DNA of 64,000 bases from Azolla caroliniana (lineage: Eukaryota > Plantae > Polypodiophyta), in NCBI GenBank assembly GCA_043228905.1, contig JBHGNT010000100.1:26645-90644 (forward strand), in the 5' to 3' direction. Position numbers and translations under genes: made by a program. How positions within the stretch are numbered: position 1 is the stretch's first letter; each line of letters begins with the position of its first letter. Under the pieces are notes generated by a model. That model ran no database searches, had not been told where the DNA came from, and saw only the letters and a program-made list of their open reading frames with translations. Shown here one piece after another: positions 63,301 to 64,000 of this stretch.

Positions 63301-64000
63301 TCACACGAGCCAGGTATGAACATTTTAATTTAACTCATAGCTCTTCTTAACTCACTCCTCAAATTTCGTAATTTCGTCATGTCTCTCGACCTGAGTTTGA
63401 AAATCTTGATTTTTTAATTCTATATCATAGGTAGCGTTGTTAGCTTCGATTCACATGTTTGAACACAAAATTCGGATATCACACGAGCCAGGTATGAACA
63501 TTTTAATTTACTCAAGGGCTTCTCTCAACTCACTCCTCAAATTTGGTAATCTCATCATGTCTCTCGACCTGAGTTTGAAAATCTTGATTTTTTAATTCCA
63601 TATCATAGCTAGCGTTGTTAGCTTCGATTCGCATGTTTGAACACAAAAATCCGATATCACACGAGCCAGGTATGAACATTTTAATTTAACTCATAGCTCT
63701 TCTTAACTCACTCCTCAAATTTGGTAATCTCCTCATGTCTTTCGACCTGAGTTTCAAAATCTTGATTTTTTAATTCCATATCATAGCTAGCGTAGTTAGC
63801 TTCGATTCGCATGTTTGAACACAAAAATCCGATATCACACGAGCCAGGTATGAACATTTTAATTTACTCAAGGGCTTCTCTCAACTCACTCCTCAAATTT
63901 GGTAATCTCATCATGTCTCTCGACCTGAGTTTTAAAATCTTGATTTTTTAATTCCATATCATAGCTAGCGTTGTTAGCTTTGATTCGCATGTTTGAACAC

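Larger units (their letters stand above)
42507..64000 (+). repeat. 178-bp satellite array, subfamily B (right of retrotransposon)
   Basis: B-type monomers continue to the window end, with additional variants GCGTAGTT, ATGGCTCTC and a 179-bp CTCAAACTC form. Confidence 0.98.

Noticed and set aside
1-64000. Identification as Arabidopsis CEN178 with an ATHILA insertion
   Set aside because: Only the monomer length matches. The element is a 5.8-kb chromovirus with short LTRs, not a large ATHILA.

Overview
Eukaryotic satellite DNA, most likely centromeric or pericentromeric. About 58 kb of the 64 kb is a head-to-tail 178-bp tandem repeat, all in one orientation, in two sequence subfamilies. Subfamily A covers 1-24417 and ~25737-27256; subfamily B covers 24418-~25736, 27257-36742 and 42507-64000. 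The array is built from local higher-order duplications of 5, 6, 7, 8, 11, 13, 16, 19 and 22 monomers. One full-length Ty3/Gypsy chromovirus (Tcn1/Tf1-like) is cleanly inserted at 36743-42506. It has 465-bp LTRs with 5 mismatches, an ACTCC target-site duplication, gag, a -1 frameshifted pol (PR-RT-RH-IN-chromodomain) and a self-priming PBS. The most unusual object is the LTR. Its first 71 nt read, on the antisense strand, as a degenerate tRNA-like Pol III cassette: A box and B box at canonical tRNA spacing, ending exactly at the LTR edge. In the 3' LTR this cassette points across the PPT into a perfect 12-bp hairpin ending in TTTT. Downstream in the LTR follow an in-register heat-shock-element array, a TATA box, the self-primer, (TC)19 and four TAGTACTA palindromes. 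The many short ORFs in the satellite are artefacts of the repeat. All comparisons were made by eye and the host species cannot be identified.
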